Shown here: in pieces, positions 29,655-29,828 of the stretch
Layout: every line of letters starts with the position of its first letter
Numbering within the stretch: position 1 is the first letter of the stretch
DNA from: Sulfolobaceae archaeon
GTDB taxonomy: Archaea; Thermoproteota; Thermoprotei_A; Sulfolobales; Sulfolobaceae
Direction of reading: 5' to 3'
Length of the DNA: 29,828 nucleotides
NCBI GenBank assembly: GCA_038893355.1
Contig: JAWARQ010000009.1
Location: forward strand, 1-29,828
The notes under the pieces: model-generated
What the model saw: only the letters and a program-made list of their open reading frames with translations
What the model was told of the DNA's origin: nothing
Database searches by the model: none
Made by a program: the position numbers and the translations under genes

Positions 29655-29828
29655 ATGGAGGCCCCAGTTGCAGGAATAGATATATCAAAAGATAAGTTGA
29701 CAGTGTATTTCCAAGGTAAGTTTTACGAGTTTCCTAATAATAGGCAAGGGTTTGAGGGGGTAAAGCAAATCTTGCCTAAGGGCTGTAAGATAGGTATTGA
29801 AAGTACTGGAGTTTACCATATTAACTTA
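29655..29828 (+). CDS. IS110-family transposase/recombinase N-terminus (DEDD RuvC-like domain), cut by window edge
   Basis: MEAPVAGIDISKDKL...IGIESTGVYHINL (GID.SK and E.TG.Y motifs); GGTGA RBS upstream. Confidence 0.92.
   Translation, partial: MEAPVAGIDISKDKLTVYFQGKFYEFPNNRQGFEGVKQILPKGCKIGIESTGVYHINL

Larger units (their letters stand above)
29493..29828 (+). mobile_element. IS110-family element, left part
   Basis: CT-TATATA start matching the mini copies, a structured non-coding left end, and the transposase N-terminus. Confidence 0.88.

Overview
AT-rich archaeal DNA of Sulfolobales type, judged from BRE/TATA promoters, KD(P)G aldolase/kinase, PaREP1, Csa3 and ISC-like elements. The window is a variable region. 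Housekeeping and transport genes (HAD hydrolase, 3 MFS, 2 ABC-2 pairs, S9 peptidase, kdgA-kdgK, amidohydrolase, GT-C-like protein) are interleaved with toxin-antitoxin/defence genes (3 vapBC, HEPN+MNT, 2 PaREP1, archaeal ATPase, orphan Csa3). Both edges fall inside IS110-family elements, which the ORF track missed. The non-coding DNA is the most interesting part. (i) The IS110 left end holds a structured bridge-RNA candidate: an internal 9-10 nt segment is identical to the element's own left flank, and joining right end to left end would place a BRE-TATA ~30 nt before its first hairpin. (ii) Two families of 34-68 bp insertions without terminal inverted repeats look like minimal non-autonomous IS110 derivatives, mostly sitting inside other IS elements. 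(iii) IS607-type MITEs fuse a promoter to a tnpB 3'/omega-RNA end. (iv) An IS630-like MITE truncates a vapC. The right-hand IS110 interrupts what looks like an EpeE/YydG-like radical SAM gene upstream of an ABC exporter, a possible archaeal RiPP locus. All family assignments are from motif recognition and recall; no searches were run.
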